From the NCBI GenBank assembly GCA_963790205.1, contig CAWBNQ010000006.1, positions 32,001 to 96,000 on the forward strand: a stretch of 64,000 nt of DNA, read 5' to 3'. The notes beneath the pieces are model-generated. The model worked only from the letters and a program-made list of their open reading frames with translations, was not told the origin of the DNA and did no database searches. Below are positions 1 through 10,777 of the stretch, in pieces. Positions within the stretch are counted from its first letter, which is position 1. Every line of letters begins with the position of its first letter. A program made the position numbers and the translations under genes. This stretch comes from Nitrospirota bacterium. GTDB lineage: Bacteria > Nitrospirota > UBA9217.

Positions 1-43
1 CTCAGAATGCCGGTGAAACGATGAGCGCAGACAGGGACACGGT

Positions 44-1282
44 ATGAGCGAAACAACATGTTTTTACGATATCCACTGCCATGCCATGAACCTGAGCCAT
101 CCGAACCTCTACGCCATGGTAAAACGGAAATGGGCCCTGGCGCTGCTCATGTCTCCGCTGGCCCTCCCCGCACAGTTTTTTTTAAAGGAAAAGGTCAAGA
201 GGGCGTCAAACCTGCTTTCGGCGATGGAAAACGATGTCACGGATTTTTTCCTGATCACGGAATATTTTCTGAAAAAAAACGGGCAGGAGCTGCGGATCGG
301 AGATACGGCGTTCAACAAGATCGTCCTGACGCCGCTGTTGATGGACTTTGGATGCAAGGACATGAAAAGCGATGCCTTTTACAACCGCGCCCCTCAAAAG
401 CCGATAGCGGAACAGGTCGTTGATGTGTTCAACGGCATCAAGGATTATTGCCGGTATAAACTGGTTTTGAACGATGATGGTATTGATTATGACGCCGATA
501 CCAAGGAAAATAAATTGTTTGAGATCTATCCTTTCCTTGGGATCAACACCAAGAACTACAAGCTTCAAGGCGTTGACGCCCTGTTCGATAAATACTTCAA
601 GGAGTATAAACATGACCATCAGAGCCTGTATGACAGAATGGGGACGTTTGAAGGCGACATCGACGACATGAAAAGCAATTTTTTTGCCGGTGTGAAGGTA
701 TATCCGCCCCTCGGGTTCGATCCCTGGCCCGGGAACAACGCGGAGGAACTGGATAAGGTGATGTGCCTGTACCGGCACTGCTGCAAAAAAAACATCCCCA
801 TCACAACTCACTGCAGCGATGGGGGGTTTTCCCTTGTCGATGAGGCCAAAGAGTTCACCTCTCCCGAAAAATGGCGGACCGTTCTGTCGAACAAGGAGTT
901 CAGCGGCCTGAGGCTTAATTTCGCCCACTTCGGAAGGCAGGGGAGGAGATGGTACGGGGCCGGGAATCACGACTGGGAAAACATGATCGTCTCGCTCATT
1001 GCATCACGTGACAATAACGTGTATGCGGATTTCTCCTACCGGGGCTGCGAGGATGGTTATTACGATGGCCTGAACAAGCTCATGGATAAACAGCCTGAAA
1101 AGGACAGGGAGCTGCTGAAACAGCGGATATTGTTCGGGTCCGATTTCATGATCAATCTGCTGGACAGCGATTCCTATAACCAGTATCTCGCGGGCTTCAT
1201 GGACAAGGGAAACCCGCTGGGAGCGGAGGAGCGGGTCCGTTTTTGTTCAGCCAACCCGGAAAGATTTCTTTTCGGGCCGTGA
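44..1282 (+). CDS. Amidohydrolase-superfamily metal-dependent hydrolase (amidohydro_2-like)
   Basis: N-terminal DIHCH metal motif, KVYPPLGFDP, THCS, AHFG and C-terminal FGSDF motifs. Confidence 0.8.
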   Translation: MSETTCFYDIHCHAMNLSHPNLYAMVKRKWALALLMSPLALPAQFFLKEKVKRASNLLSAMENDVTDFFLITEYFLKKNGQELRIGDTAFNKIVLTPLLMDFGCKDMKSDAFYNRAPQKPIAEQVVDVFNGIKDYCRYKLVLNDDGIDYDADTKENKLFEIYPFLGINTKNYKLQGVDALFDKYFKEYKHDHQSLYDRMGTFEGDIDDMKSNFFAGVKVYPPLGFDPWPGNNAEELDKVMCLYRHCCKKNIPITTHCSDGGFSLVDEAKEFTSPEKWRTVLSNKEFSGLRLNFAHFGRQGRRWYGAGNHDWENMIVSLIASRDNNVYADFSYRGCEDGYYDGLNKLMDKQPEKDRELLKQRILFGSDFMINLLDSDSYNQYLAGFMDKGNPLGAEERVRFCSANPERFLFGP

Positions 1283-1334
1283 CGAAGAGGAGAACGTTCG
1301 CAAGCTCACTGAGCAGACCGGAAGGAGAAGGAAC

Positions 1335-1571
1335 ATGGAATTCTTTACCGTCCCCTGCCCCGGCAGGGGAAATGTCTCGGTTGGCGGCAGTTTTCAGGGA
1401 GCGAGCATAAAGGACGATAAGCTTCACGTATTCCAGTGCGGCGAGGGACTCCATGATATTTCCATGGAGTGCCTTGTGGGGAAAAAGTGCCACGTAACCA
1501 TGCAGCGGATTTTGATCGCCGGCACCAACCCGGTTCTGCCACAGGAGATCCCGTTCATATGCGCGGTATAG
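1335..1571 (+). CDS. Small Cys-containing hypothetical protein
   Basis: 78-aa ORF with GGAGAAGGA RBS; overlaps the start of the next gene. Confidence 0.55.
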   Translation: MEFFTVPCPGRGNVSVGGSFQGASIKDDKLHVFQCGEGLHDISMECLVGKKCHVTMQRILIAGTNPVLPQEIPFICAV

Positions 1572-3043
1572 ATCGTTTCCTGGCCCTTCTATCGACAACG
1601 GCGCTTGTTGTCGTCGTCGTTGGCTGCGCCCACTACAAAGATAATCCGCGGCTTGATGCCATTGATCCGAATGGGGGATATCGCTACAGCGTTGTGCGTG
1701 GCAAACCGGCAGAAGAAAAGCCCTTCGTTCTCCTTGCCTTTTCCGGCGGTGGAACGCGCGCCGCCGCCTTCGCTTTCGGCCTGATGGAGGAGCTCCGCAC
1801 GATCGAGTATGCGGCCAAAGGAGGCGCCAGACGCCGGCTGCTGGACGACGTCGAGATCATTTCCTCCGTCTCCGGCGGCAGTTTTACCTCGTCCTATTAC
1901 GCGCTGTTCCCGGACCGTTTCTTCAGCGACTTCCCGGACCGGTTCCTCTACCGTAATATCGAGGGCGGCCTGCTGGCAAGGCTGTTCAACCCCTACAATT
2001 GGTACCGGCTCCTCTCCCCCGACTTCAGCCGCATTGATCTGGCGGACGAGTATTACAATGATGCCGTATTCGACGGGAAGACCTTTGCGGACCTGCTCAT
2101 GAACCGCAAAGGAAACGTTCCCTTTCTCGTGCTGAATGCGACCGACATCTCGATCACCCATCGCTTTGAGTTCACGCAGGACCAGTTCGACCTCCTTTGC
2201 TCGGATCTTTCCGGGGTGTCCCTTTCCCGGGCCGTCGCCGCCTCGTCCAATTTCCCTGTCGCTTTTGCGCCGATGACCGTAAACATCTACAACAAAAAAC
2301 ACTGTGGTCCTCTGCCCGGCTGGATCGGGCCGGCGCTTGCGAATTATAAAAATACCGGCCGCCGCTTCTTCGACGCCCGCGCGGCTGTCTCGTACCGCGA
2401 CCCGGCCAGGAGCTACGCCCACCTTCTCGACGGCGGCCTGTCGGACAACCTCGGTTTGCGCGGGCCCTATCAGGCAATCACTACTCTCGACAGCCCCTGG
2501 AGCATTTTGACCCAGGCCAACCTGGCACGCCTCGGCAAACTGATGGTAATCGCGGCCAATGCCAAGACGACCAAACATAAGGAGTGGGACAAAACGAGCG
2601 CGCCGCCGGGGATATCCTCCGTCCTGAGCGTGACCATGAACGGACCGATGGACGATGTCTCCCTGGACAGCGTGGAAATGACCGGCAATCACTTCCAGTA
2701 TATGAAGCAGCTGTCGGACACGGTCGACGCGTGCAACACGGTCCTTGCCCGGAAGTGCCCCGCGGCCCCCCCGATCACCAACCCTCTTGTCACTGACTTC
2801 ACCTTTGCCGAGCTCTCCTTTGACCGGATACAAGACGACCGCCTGCGGCGGTGCATGCAGGGGCTTCCGACCTCGTTCAGCCTGCCGCGGCAGACGGTTG
2901 ACCTCCTGCGCCTGGCCGCGGCGCGGCTCCTGATGACGTCCGGTCCGTTCATCAAGGGGATGCAGGACCTCGACCCGGCGTGGAAGCCCCATGAAGTGGT
3001 GATCGATCCGAAGCTCATCGATGCCGTATGCGGCCCCGGATAG
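1559..3043 (+). CDS. Patatin-like phospholipase, predicted lipoprotein
   Basis: SGGGTRAA, SVSGGS nucleophile elbow and DGG motifs; lipobox VVGC; ATG 1559 follows AGGAGA. Confidence 0.85.
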   Translation: MRGIDRFLALLSTTALVVVVVGCAHYKDNPRLDAIDPNGGYRYSVVRGKPAEEKPFVLLAFSGGGTRAAAFAFGLMEELRTIEYAAKGGARRRLLDDVEIISSVSGGSFTSSYYALFPDRFFSDFPDRFLYRNIEGGLLARLFNPYNWYRLLSPDFSRIDLADEYYNDAVFDGKTFADLLMNRKGNVPFLVLNATDISITHRFEFTQDQFDLLCSDLSGVSLSRAVAASSNFPVAFAPMTVNIYNKKHCGPLPGWIGPALANYKNTGRRFFDARAAVSYRDPARSYAHLLDGGLSDNLGLRGPYQAITTLDSPWSILTQANLARLGKLMVIAANAKTTKHKEWDKTSAPPGISSVLSVTMNGPMDDVSLDSVEMTGNHFQYMKQLSDTVDACNTVLARKCPAAPPITNPLVTDFTFAELSFDRIQDDRLRRCMQGLPTSFSLPRQTVDLLRLAAARLLMTSGPFIKGMQDLDPAWKPHEVVIDPKLIDAVCGPG

Positions 3044-3275
3044 ACTCAAGGCCCTTTTTTTGTCGTGCAGGGCGATGTGCTGGCCAGACGATGTTCATCA
3101 AGACCTTGCGGCTTCGGAATACGACGGAGAAAGTCTCTGCAACCGGCCGATCAAGCGCTTGACAAGAAAAACGCGGAAGCTCATACTGGGTAAACGCGGC
3201 CGGTTCAACGGCCGAAGGGGGAGGCATGATCGCTCCATACCGGTAATTCATAATTAGGGAAACCAGAGGGAACCC

Positions 3276-3998
3276 ATGATGCAGGACAAAAGGCGGCATA
3301 AGAGATTCAGATTGGACCTCACGGAAATAAACGGCAAGATGATCCTGGCCGACAAAGTGGAGATCAATGACATCAGTCTCGGCGGAGTCGCCCTGAAAGC
3401 GGACCGGAGGCTCAATATCGGCAAGGAATACGTGATCAAGCTGGGGGACAAGAGGACGCATATCGACGTCAGGGGCATTGTCGTGCGTTCCGAATTAAGC
3501 GGGATCGAGGAAAGGGCCAACAGGGGAAAAGTTTCAATATACACGGCAGGGCTGATGTTCAAAGAGGGACAAGCAGATATAATTGCCGGTTTTCTTGGTT
3601 CAATCGAGCAACACGAAAAAGAGGAAGCGCCGGCGACGCCTGACCGGAGGCTCGCTGTCCGGTTTCATATCATCACTCCCCGGGAGCAGGTCCTGAGCTT
3701 TCCCGCAGAGTTCAAGGTGAAGGAAATCAGCCTCAGCGGCATGTGCATCCGGACCGAGCAGGCCCTGGAAATAAAAAGCACGATCCCCATGGACCTGTCT
3801 CTCCTGACGGGCAAGCCCGTCAAGTTTACCGGCAGGGTTGCTTCATGCCGGCTGACGGAGGACAAGGGGCCGGCGCGCTACGAAACAGGGGTCGAATTCA
3901 AGGACCTGACGGATAAAGATAGAACGCTGCTTACAGCATTCATAGATTACCTGGCATTGATTGAAGTTAAAACCGACCTAAAAAAAGCAGACGATTAG
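3276..3998 (+). CDS. Tandem PilZ-domain protein
   Basis: Two RxxxR + (D/E)ISxxG motif pairs (KRRHKRF..DISLGG; DRRLAVRF..EISLSG). Confidence 0.85.
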   Translation: MMQDKRRHKRFRLDLTEINGKMILADKVEINDISLGGVALKADRRLNIGKEYVIKLGDKRTHIDVRGIVVRSELSGIEERANRGKVSIYTAGLMFKEGQADIIAGFLGSIEQHEKEEAPATPDRRLAVRFHIITPREQVLSFPAEFKVKEISLSGMCIRTEQALEIKSTIPMDLSLLTGKPVKFTGRVASCRLTEDKGPARYETGVEFKDLTDKDRTLLTAFIDYLALIEVKTDLKKADD

Positions 3999-4080
3999 GG
4001 CGCCGGGCGGCAGAACGGCAACGCAGGCTCATTCGTCATGTTGCTTTTCGGAGTATTGTGATCTGATATTGACGATGTAC

Positions 4081-4176
4081 GATTTGGAATTTCCGATTGG
4101 CGATTTGAGATTTTAGATCCGGGATTTTAGCTTTACGATTCAGTCAATCTCAAATCGCAAATCTGCAATCTTAAAT
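4081..4176. repeat. Inverted heptamer-array element (GATTTNN)n...(NNAAATC)n
   Basis: gatttggaatttccgattggcgatttgagattttagat ... aatctcaaatcgcaaatctgcaatcttaaatc. Confidence 0.7.
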
Positions 4177-4207
4177 CGACTGTTCATAGATGAAAGGAGA
4201 AGCCAAG

Positions 4208-4525
4208 ATGAAAAAGCTGGTCTTTGCCGTTCTGTTGATTTCCTTCCTTGCCGGCTGCTACTCAGTGCCGGTCAGAATCCCCACGGTCATGGACAAGCAA
4301 TATGATGTTTTGGGCGAGGGCGAGGGTTCCGCTGTCGGGATCATGCTGTTCGATGTTATACCCATCGGCCAGAATGAGCGTTTGGAGCAAGCATACAAGG
4401 AAGCCGTTTCCAGCAAAAACGGAGACGCTTTGATCGACCCGGTCATTTCAGAGCGCTGGTTCTGGGCCTATATTCTCAATGGATACGTAACAAAGGTGAC
4501 AGGGACCGTGATCAAATATAAGTAG
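4208..4525 (+). CDS. Small lipoprotein
   Basis: MKK + hydrophobic stretch + LAGC lipobox; AGGAGA RBS. Confidence 0.75.
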   Translation: MKKLVFAVLLISFLAGCYSVPVRIPTVMDKQYDVLGEGEGSAVGIMLFDVIPIGQNERLEQAYKEAVSSKNGDALIDPVISERWFWAYILNGYVTKVTGTVIKYK

Positions 4526-4550
4526 CCCGGGAGAAAGAATAAAGGAAAAA

Positions 4551-4640
4551 GTTTGAAGTGTGAAGAGAGAAGGATGAAATAACTTCTCCCTCGGGATCAC
4601 CCTGTGATTTCAAACTTCACCCTTCAAACTTCTGACTTCT
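4551..4640. repeat. Inverted heptamer-array element (TGAAG/CTTCA type)
   Basis: gtttgaagtgtgaagagagaag ... ttcaaacttcacccttcaaacttc; related copies near 5694, 8130, 8951, 10454 and 13158. Confidence 0.75.
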
Positions 4641-4673
4641 ACCGGTGAATTCCATTACTCGGAGGGAACAAGC

Positions 4674-5690
4674 ATGAAACGGAAAGCCGCTTTGCTCATG
4701 GTGCTCATTATCGCCGCATTTTTCGGAGCGCCGGAAGTTCAGGCCCAGTCCCAGCTTAATTATGAAAAAATCAAGACGCTGCGGGGATATCAGGGCGACG
4801 TTCTGTCGCTCGCGATCAGCCCCGACGGCAAATACATGGCGGCCGGAACGTCCGACAACGCGATCGTCGTCTGGGACACGGCGAATTGGCGGATCATCGC
4901 CACGCTCAATGAGGACGAGGGCGATGTCAATGCCCTGGCGTTCAGCCGCGACGGAAAGCTCATGGCCTCGGGACATTCTCATGACAAGGTGTATCTCTGG
5001 GACACGACGGCGTGGAAAAAGACGGCAACGATCAAGGCCCCGAGAACGGTGAACGCGCTGGCGTTCAACCGGGACGGCAGCGTCCTCGCCATAGCGAGCG
5101 ATGACGACGACGGGATGCTGTGGGACGTTCACAAGGACAAGCTGTTCAAGAAGCTGAAAGGCCACAGCAGGGACATCGAGGCGGTCGCGTACAGCCCCGA
5201 CGGGACGCAGGTGGCGACCGGCAGCCGGGACAATACGGTCATTCTCTGGGACGCGGCCTCGGGCGATAAGATCAGGACCTTGAAAGGCCACGCGAACAAT
5301 GTAAATGCGGTCGCCTACAGCAGCGATGGAAAATATCTCCTCTCCGGCAGCAATGACAATTCCCTGGCGATCTGGGACGCCAAAACAGGGAATCTGATCG
5401 ACGGGCTTACCGGTCATTCCAACGGGGTCTGCACCCTATCGTTCCTCCCGAACAGCCACACGGCGGTTTCCGGCGATTGCATCGCTCTTACCGGCCCCTT
5501 TGGAATACCGATCAGGCAAACGGACGACTCGTGCAAGCTTATCTTCTGGGACGTCGCGTCCGCCAAAAAAATAAAGACCCTCGAAAGCGACTGCGGGTTA
5601 AGCTGCTCCGCCTTCAGTCCTGACGGAAAATACTTTGTGGCCGGCTACGCAAAAAGCGGCCGGTTCATCGAGCTTTATGAACGGAAATAG
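4674..5690 (+). CDS. Secreted WD40-repeat beta-propeller protein
   Basis: Signal peptide; repeated GH...V.A.A.SPDG...WD units. Confidence 0.9.
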   Translation: MKRKAALLMVLIIAAFFGAPEVQAQSQLNYEKIKTLRGYQGDVLSLAISPDGKYMAAGTSDNAIVVWDTANWRIIATLNEDEGDVNALAFSRDGKLMASGHSHDKVYLWDTTAWKKTATIKAPRTVNALAFNRDGSVLAIASDDDDGMLWDVHKDKLFKKLKGHSRDIEAVAYSPDGTQVATGSRDNTVILWDAASGDKIRTLKGHANNVNAVAYSSDGKYLLSGSNDNSLAIWDAKTGNLIDGLTGHSNGVCTLSFLPNSHTAVSGDCIALTGPFGIPIRQTDDSCKLIFWDVASAKKIKTLESDCGLSCSAFSPDGKYFVAGYAKSGRFIELYERK

Positions 5691-5808
5691 CCGGTTTGAA
5701 GGGAAAAGGGGAAAGTTTGAAGTGAGAAGTGAGAAATGAGAAGGGTGAAGTTTGAAAAGAAGAATGTTCAGGACAAGATGCAGTGGATAAATGCAAAGGA
5801 TGGGTAAA

Positions 5809-6064
5809 ATGCTGAACCGCGGAGGCGCGGAGACGCAGAGGGATAACCAATTAACGGAAAAGATCATAGGCTGTGCAATTGAAGTTCATAAAGCATTAGG
5901 CCCTGGTCTTTTAGAGTCGGCCTATGAAGAATGCTTTTGCTATGAACTTGCCCAAAATGGTTTTTCTGTTAGCCGTCAGGTTCCTTTACCTGTCTCTTAT
6001 AGGGTTGTTGCTGAATTTTATTGTTCCAGCTCCTAAAGACGGAATAAAACGATTCGTGAATTAA
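5809..6064 (+). pseudogene. GxxExxY (PD-(D/E)XK-like) gene with internal deletion
   Basis: [11 protein letters not shown]-terminus joins out of frame near 6000 to the C-terminal GLLLNF..KDGIKRFVN*; middle is missing relative to the intact copy at 31118. Confidence 0.75.
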
Positions 6065-6101
6065 TTTTAAGATGCCTCCGCGTCTCGGCGGTGAATACTA
6101 G

Positions 6102-7434
6102 CAGTTTGCTGAAAAAGTCCTTTTCAAACGTGATGTAAATGCGTATAGTGGCGCAACGGCAGTTGACAAGGAGGCCACATGCGCGGTGAAAACGAGATTC
6201 AGAGCGGGATGTTCAGTTACTTTTCTCCTGAACAGCGTGTCCCGGCCCAGCATCCTCTGCGGGCGATCAAAGCCCATGCGGATACGGTTCTTGCAGAGCT
6301 TTCGCCGGTCTTCGACTCCATGTACAGCAACATGGGGCGGCCGTCGATCCCGCCGGAGAGGCTGCTGAAATCCCAGCTCTTGATCGCCCTGTACTCGGTG
6401 CGTTCCGAAACCCAGTTCTGCGAAATGGTGGATTATAACATTCTCTTCCGCTGGTTTTTGGATATGGACCTGGAAGAGTCGTCCTTCGATCCCACGACGT
6501 TCACGAAGAACCGGGATCGGCTTCTGGAACATCGGGTGGCCGTGAAGTTTTTTGATCGTGTGGTTAACATCGCCCGGAAAGGCGGGCTGCTCTCGGATGA
6601 TCATTTTACGGTGGACGGCAGCCTTATTGAGGCCTGCGCCAGTCTGAAGAGCTTCCGTCCCAAGGACGAGGACCCTTCGGACCGCCCGACGACGGACGAT
6701 GATCCGGGAAATCCCACGGTGAACTTTCGGGGTGAGAAACGGTCGAACAAGACTCATGCTTCTACCACTGATCCCGAGTCTCGTTTGATGAAGAAGAGCG
6801 CGGGCAAGGAGGCTAAGCTTTCTTTCGGCGCCCATGCCTTGATGGAGAACCGAAACGGCCTGCTGGTCGACATCACCGTTACCCCGGCAACGGGTGATGC
6901 GGAACGGGAGGCGGCCAAGGATATGCTTACCCGTCAGGCGCGGAAACGCGTTAAACCCAAGACCATCGGTGCCGATAAGGGCTACGATACCCAGGGCTTT
7001 GTTGAGGCCATGCGGGGCAGAGAGATCACGCCGCATGTTGCGGCCAACACCGAAAGAAGAGGCGGCTCTGCCATAGATGGACGCACCACGCGGCACGAAG
7101 GATACAACATCAGCCAGCGAATCCGAAAACGGGTGGAAGAGATCTTCGGATGGCTCAAGAGCATCGGCGGTTTCAGGCGGACACGGTACAAGGGAAGAGA
7201 TCGAACCCACCTTCAAGCCTTGTTCGTCGGAGCTGCATACAACCTGCTGCGAATAGTAAATATCCAACGGCGAACTGCGGCTGCTACATAGCAAAAGCGC
7301 AGTAGAATCCCGATAATGGGTGCCGAAAGGCGATCTTGAATGAGCTACAAAGTGTGTCATAGGCTTTGCAGTAGGATAAAAATCAAGCTCCGAATAGAAT
7401 TTTTTAAACTGAAGGCCACTTTTTCAGCGGCCTG
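6102..7434 (+). mobile_element. IS5-family insertion sequence
   Basis: Imperfect TIRs CAGTTTGCTGAAAAAGT / ACTTTTTCAGCGGCCTG; CTAG on both sides (6098-6101, 7435-7438). Confidence 0.9.
6179..7291 (+). CDS. IS5-family DDE transposase
   Basis: GRPSIPPERLL, VDGSLI, ADKGYD and R..VEEIFGW motifs. Confidence 0.9.
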   Translation: MRGENEIQSGMFSYFSPEQRVPAQHPLRAIKAHADTVLAELSPVFDSMYSNMGRPSIPPERLLKSQLLIALYSVRSETQFCEMVDYNILFRWFLDMDLEESSFDPTTFTKNRDRLLEHRVAVKFFDRVVNIARKGGLLSDDHFTVDGSLIEACASLKSFRPKDEDPSDRPTTDDDPGNPTVNFRGEKRSNKTHASTTDPESRLMKKSAGKEAKLSFGAHALMENRNGLLVDITVTPATGDAEREAAKDMLTRQARKRVKPKTIGADKGYDTQGFVEAMRGREITPHVAANTERRGGSAIDGRTTRHEGYNISQRIRKRVEEIFGWLKSIGGFRRTRYKGRDRTHLQALFVGAAYNLLRIVNIQRRTAAAT

Positions 7435-7458
7435 CTAGGAATTCAGGAGGACTTTTTC

Positions 7459-8124
7459 ATGGACGTCATTGATGCGTTGAACTCACGGTTTACGGTCCGC
7501 GCTTTCAAGTCTGATCCCGTCGACCGCCGCACGCTCGAAAGGGTCATGGAGGCCGCGCTCAGGGCGCCGTCCTGGGCCAATACCCAGCCCTGGGAGGTCT
7601 ACGTGGCAGGCGGCGAGGTCCTGAACAGGCTGCGCCAGGACTACCTTGCGAACCTGAAGAACTGCGTGGCCAGAAACCCCGATCTTGCCGCGCCGAAGGA
7701 GTGGCCACCGCTGCTCCGGAAACGGATGGAGGCCCTGAAGTCAGAACGCATGGCGACCCTTGAGCGGGTCTGCCTGGACAAGTCGGAAATGAAGGACCTG
7801 TCGGAAATGAACTATCATTTCTTTCATGCGCCCGCGGTCGCGTATATCTGCATGGACAGGACGCTCACCCCCTGGTCGGTCTACGACCTCGGTCTTTTTT
7901 CCCAGAGCCTCATGCTGGCGGCGCGCCACTTCGGCCTCGATTCGGCCCCGGCGGTGACCCTAGCCGCCCATCCCGACCTGATCCGGAAGGAACTGAACAT
8001 ACCGGACGGCCTTTCGATCATCATCGGGATAGCGCTCGGGTATGCGGATACCAAGCATCCGCAGAACCAGTATCGAACCCTTCGTCGGCCCGTTCAGGAA
8101 GCGGTAACGTTCAAGGGGATTTAG
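7459..8124 (+). CDS. Nitroreductase family protein
   Basis: SRFTVRAF, RAPSWANTQPW and GIALGY motifs. Confidence 0.9.
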   Translation: MDVIDALNSRFTVRAFKSDPVDRRTLERVMEAALRAPSWANTQPWEVYVAGGEVLNRLRQDYLANLKNCVARNPDLAAPKEWPPLLRKRMEALKSERMATLERVCLDKSEMKDLSEMNYHFFHAPAVAYICMDRTLTPWSVYDLGLFSQSLMLAARHFGLDSAPAVTLAAHPDLIRKELNIPDGLSIIIGIALGYADTKHPQNQYRTLRRPVQEAVTFKGI

Positions 8125-8308
8125 CGCAGGTTTGAAGCGGGAAATGAGAAGAATGAAATAACTTCTCCATCAGGGAACACTATGGCTTCAAACTTCACCC
8201 GTCTCACTTCGAACTGTTTCGTCGGGAGGAAGCAGGCACGTGACCCCATAAGCCCAAGGCCGTGTTGACTTGAACGCCACCAATAACTTTTCAGGAGGGA
8301 AAAACGTC

Positions 8309-8926
8309 ATGAAAAAGGCATTGCTCGTACTTGTGCTGTCTGCGGGGGTGTCGGGTTGCGCTTTTACAACGGAGAACATAGACCTCTCATACGCTCCCCA
8401 GCCGGGTGTGGCAAAAATTGCCGAAGCGAACAACGTTATCGTAAGCGTTCAAGTGGATGACCAGCGCCAGGACAAAAGCAACAGGGTCAGCAGCAAAAAG
8501 AACGGATTCGGGATGGAGACGGCGCCTATCCTGGCCAATGAAGATGTCACGGTGACCGTCCGACGCGCGATAGAACAGGAGCTGCAATCGCGCGGTTTCT
8601 CGATCGGCAACGGATCGGTCGTTACAATACTTGCCGAATTGACCCGTTTTTGGAACGATCACAAGGTGGGCTTTTTTTCAATCGATGCGATCGCCGAGCT
8701 GAACATGAACGTCCTGGTAAAGGACAAGAGCGGAACGATTCTCTATTCCCGCACTATTCAAGCACAGGGCATTGAACCTAATAACCAGCTGTCGAACGGC
8801 AACAATGCGCGTTTGGCCCTGAACAAGGCCCTGGAAAAGGCCATGAAGTTATTGTTTGAAGATGGGACATTTATTTCCGCATTGATTCATGATGCGAGGA
8901 AAAGTCCTCCCGCCGCAGGACAATGA
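8309..8926 (+). CDS. YajG-like lipoprotein
   Basis: VSGC lipobox; V.V.D.R motif; AGGAGG RBS. Confidence 0.7.
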   Translation: MKKALLVLVLSAGVSGCAFTTENIDLSYAPQPGVAKIAEANNVIVSVQVDDQRQDKSNRVSSKKNGFGMETAPILANEDVTVTVRRAIEQELQSRGFSIGNGSVVTILAELTRFWNDHKVGFFSIDAIAELNMNVLVKDKSGTILYSRTIQAQGIEPNNQLSNGNNARLALNKALEKAMKLLFEDGTFISALIHDARKSPPAAGQ

Positions 8927-9000
8927 GGCCATGCCGGGGATGGAGCGCATTGAAGTGTGAAATGAGAAGAGTGAAATGGAGGGAAGTTTTTTTAAAACAC

Positions 9001-9923
9001 ATGAGGAACATCAAAAGCCCGCTCATCCTGTTCATCCTGTTTTTTGCCTGTGCCATGGCCCCGGCCGCAGAGGTCTTTGCGCAGGCTGATAGTTCGCCGG
9101 CGCCGCCGCCCGTTGAGCAGGGGAAACAGCAAGACAACGACACCAGCGCCTGCAATAAAAAATCGCCGATCAGCACCTATAAGATAAACTATTTCACCCT
9201 GAACAACTGGCCGAACAACGATAACGCGCAGGTCAAATTCCAGTTCAGCGTGAAATACAAATTTTTCGACCGGGATGTTTCGGTCTGGGGACGCCCCCTG
9301 GCCCTGTATCTGGCCTATTCTCAGAAATCGCTCTGGAACGTGGGACAGAATTCCATGCCCTTCGAAGAGAGCAACTATAATCCGGAGGCCTTTCTGAACT
9401 ACACCGTAAACAGCGCGCGGGGGCCGGTCGAGCTGCGGGACGTCGTCCTGGGCCTGTATGAGCACGAGTCGAACGGGCTGGCGGGGCCCCAGTCCCGCGG
9501 CTGGAACCGCGCGTACGTAGCAGTCCGCCTGGGGTCCCTGCCGATAACGGAACCATGCAATGACGACTCAACGCGAAAGGACCACATCGAGTTAACCGTG
9601 AAAGTCTGGCACGCCTATGGATACTCCGATGAAACCGCCTATCTTCAAACGACCGGAAGCAATGAGACCTTTCTCGGGTATGAAGGCCACGGGGAGGTCA
9701 ATCTGGTCCTCAGAGACATTCTCGTCCGGGGCGGCTGGGGCAACCGGATCGATATGACGTCGAGGGTCGGGGTAGGCGGAATTTCGAATTTCAATACCAG
9801 CAGAAGATCCCGTCCCTGCATTTCTCGCCTTACTTTCAATACTGTTATGGCTACGACGAAACACTGCTCCGGTTCGACCGTTTCGGACGGCGGGCTTTCT
9901 GGGGAGTTTCGTTCGTGTATTAA
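9001..9923 (+). CDS. pldA: Outer-membrane phospholipase A1 (OMPLA), frameshift near 9770
   Basis: KFQFSVK, PFEESNYNPE and HESNG..SRGWNR catalytic motifs; C-terminus YFQYCYGYDETLLRFD..GVSFVY* lies in another frame. Confidence 0.8.
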
Positions 9924-9981
9924 GGCCGGACAGGGCACGGACGTTTCGCATTCTGTTTGAGGATCGGAGGAAGGCGCGGCA

Positions 9982-10458
9982 ATGAAAGTGGCGGAAATGA
10001 TCAAGCGGGCCCTCGAACAAAAGGGCCTTCTGAACAGGAAGGACGCGGCAAAGGCCCTCGGCATAAGCCTGGAACTCCTGAGGATCACGGTCTACCGGGG
10101 ACACATCCCGAAGGACGCCGTACTCGGCAAGATAGCGGACAATCTCGGCCTGGACCGCGCCGAATTGATCCTGGCAGCGCACCAGGAGCGGGCGCCCATC
10201 GAGGTGAAGGGGTATTTCCTCTCAGCCGCGAAGCGGAGGTCCTATCCGAAGAAGCGGGTATGGCCCCTTTCCGAGGAGCAGTGCGATCATCTCGGGAAGG
10301 TCCTGAACGAGACGGAGATACAGATGATCAGGATGTTCCGGCAGGTCCCCGACGAGACGAAGGCGGGGATCGTCGGCTATATCGAGTATGCGTGGGCGAC
10401 GAAGAGGATGCCGAGGGAGATGAGCGCCGCCGAGGAGAAGGGAAAGAGGGAAGGTTGA
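9982..10458 (+). CDS. Putative XRE-like helix-turn-helix DNA-binding protein
   Basis: KDAAKALGIS..L HTH-like segment and a C-terminal 'IRMFRQVPDE' helix typical of XRE proteins. Confidence 0.6.
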   Translation: MKVAEMIKRALEQKGLLNRKDAAKALGISLELLRITVYRGHIPKDAVLGKIADNLGLDRAELILAAHQERAPIEVKGYFLSAAKRRSYPKKRVWPLSEEQCDHLGKVLNETEIQMIRMFRQVPDETKAGIVGYIEYAWATKRMPREMSAAEEKGKREG

Positions 10459-10777
10459 AGGGAGAAGGGTGAAGGGTGAAATGGAGGAAAGTTTGAAGTG
10501 GGAAAGACTTCAAACTTCACCCTTCTAACTTCCATACCAGCGTCGGTTCGCGCGCTCTACAACAATTCGGCAACGACCTTCTAGTGTCTGGAGTGATGAA
10601 TAAGTTAAATAGTTCGTCACGTATCAACGTTATGTCCCCTATGTTGCATTGCTCCTCGCCATTATCTACTCGGTCGTGCTCACGGCGGCGTTCTTTTTCC
10701 TGACGGGGTATGTGCTGAAGAAGAAGAGGTGTGTGTAGGGAGGATGTGTTGTCGACAGAGATTTGATCGGAGATAAT

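Noticed and set aside
1559..3043. Patatin as a CBASS or other defence effector
   Set aside because: It has a lipoprotein signal and no nucleotidyltransferase or other defence gene is adjacent
6098..7360. 420-aa minus-strand ORF (likewise 1589-3049, 38516-39877, 48912-50168 and others)
   Set aside because: Antisense shadows of well-supported genes in GC-rich DNA, with no recognisable motifs
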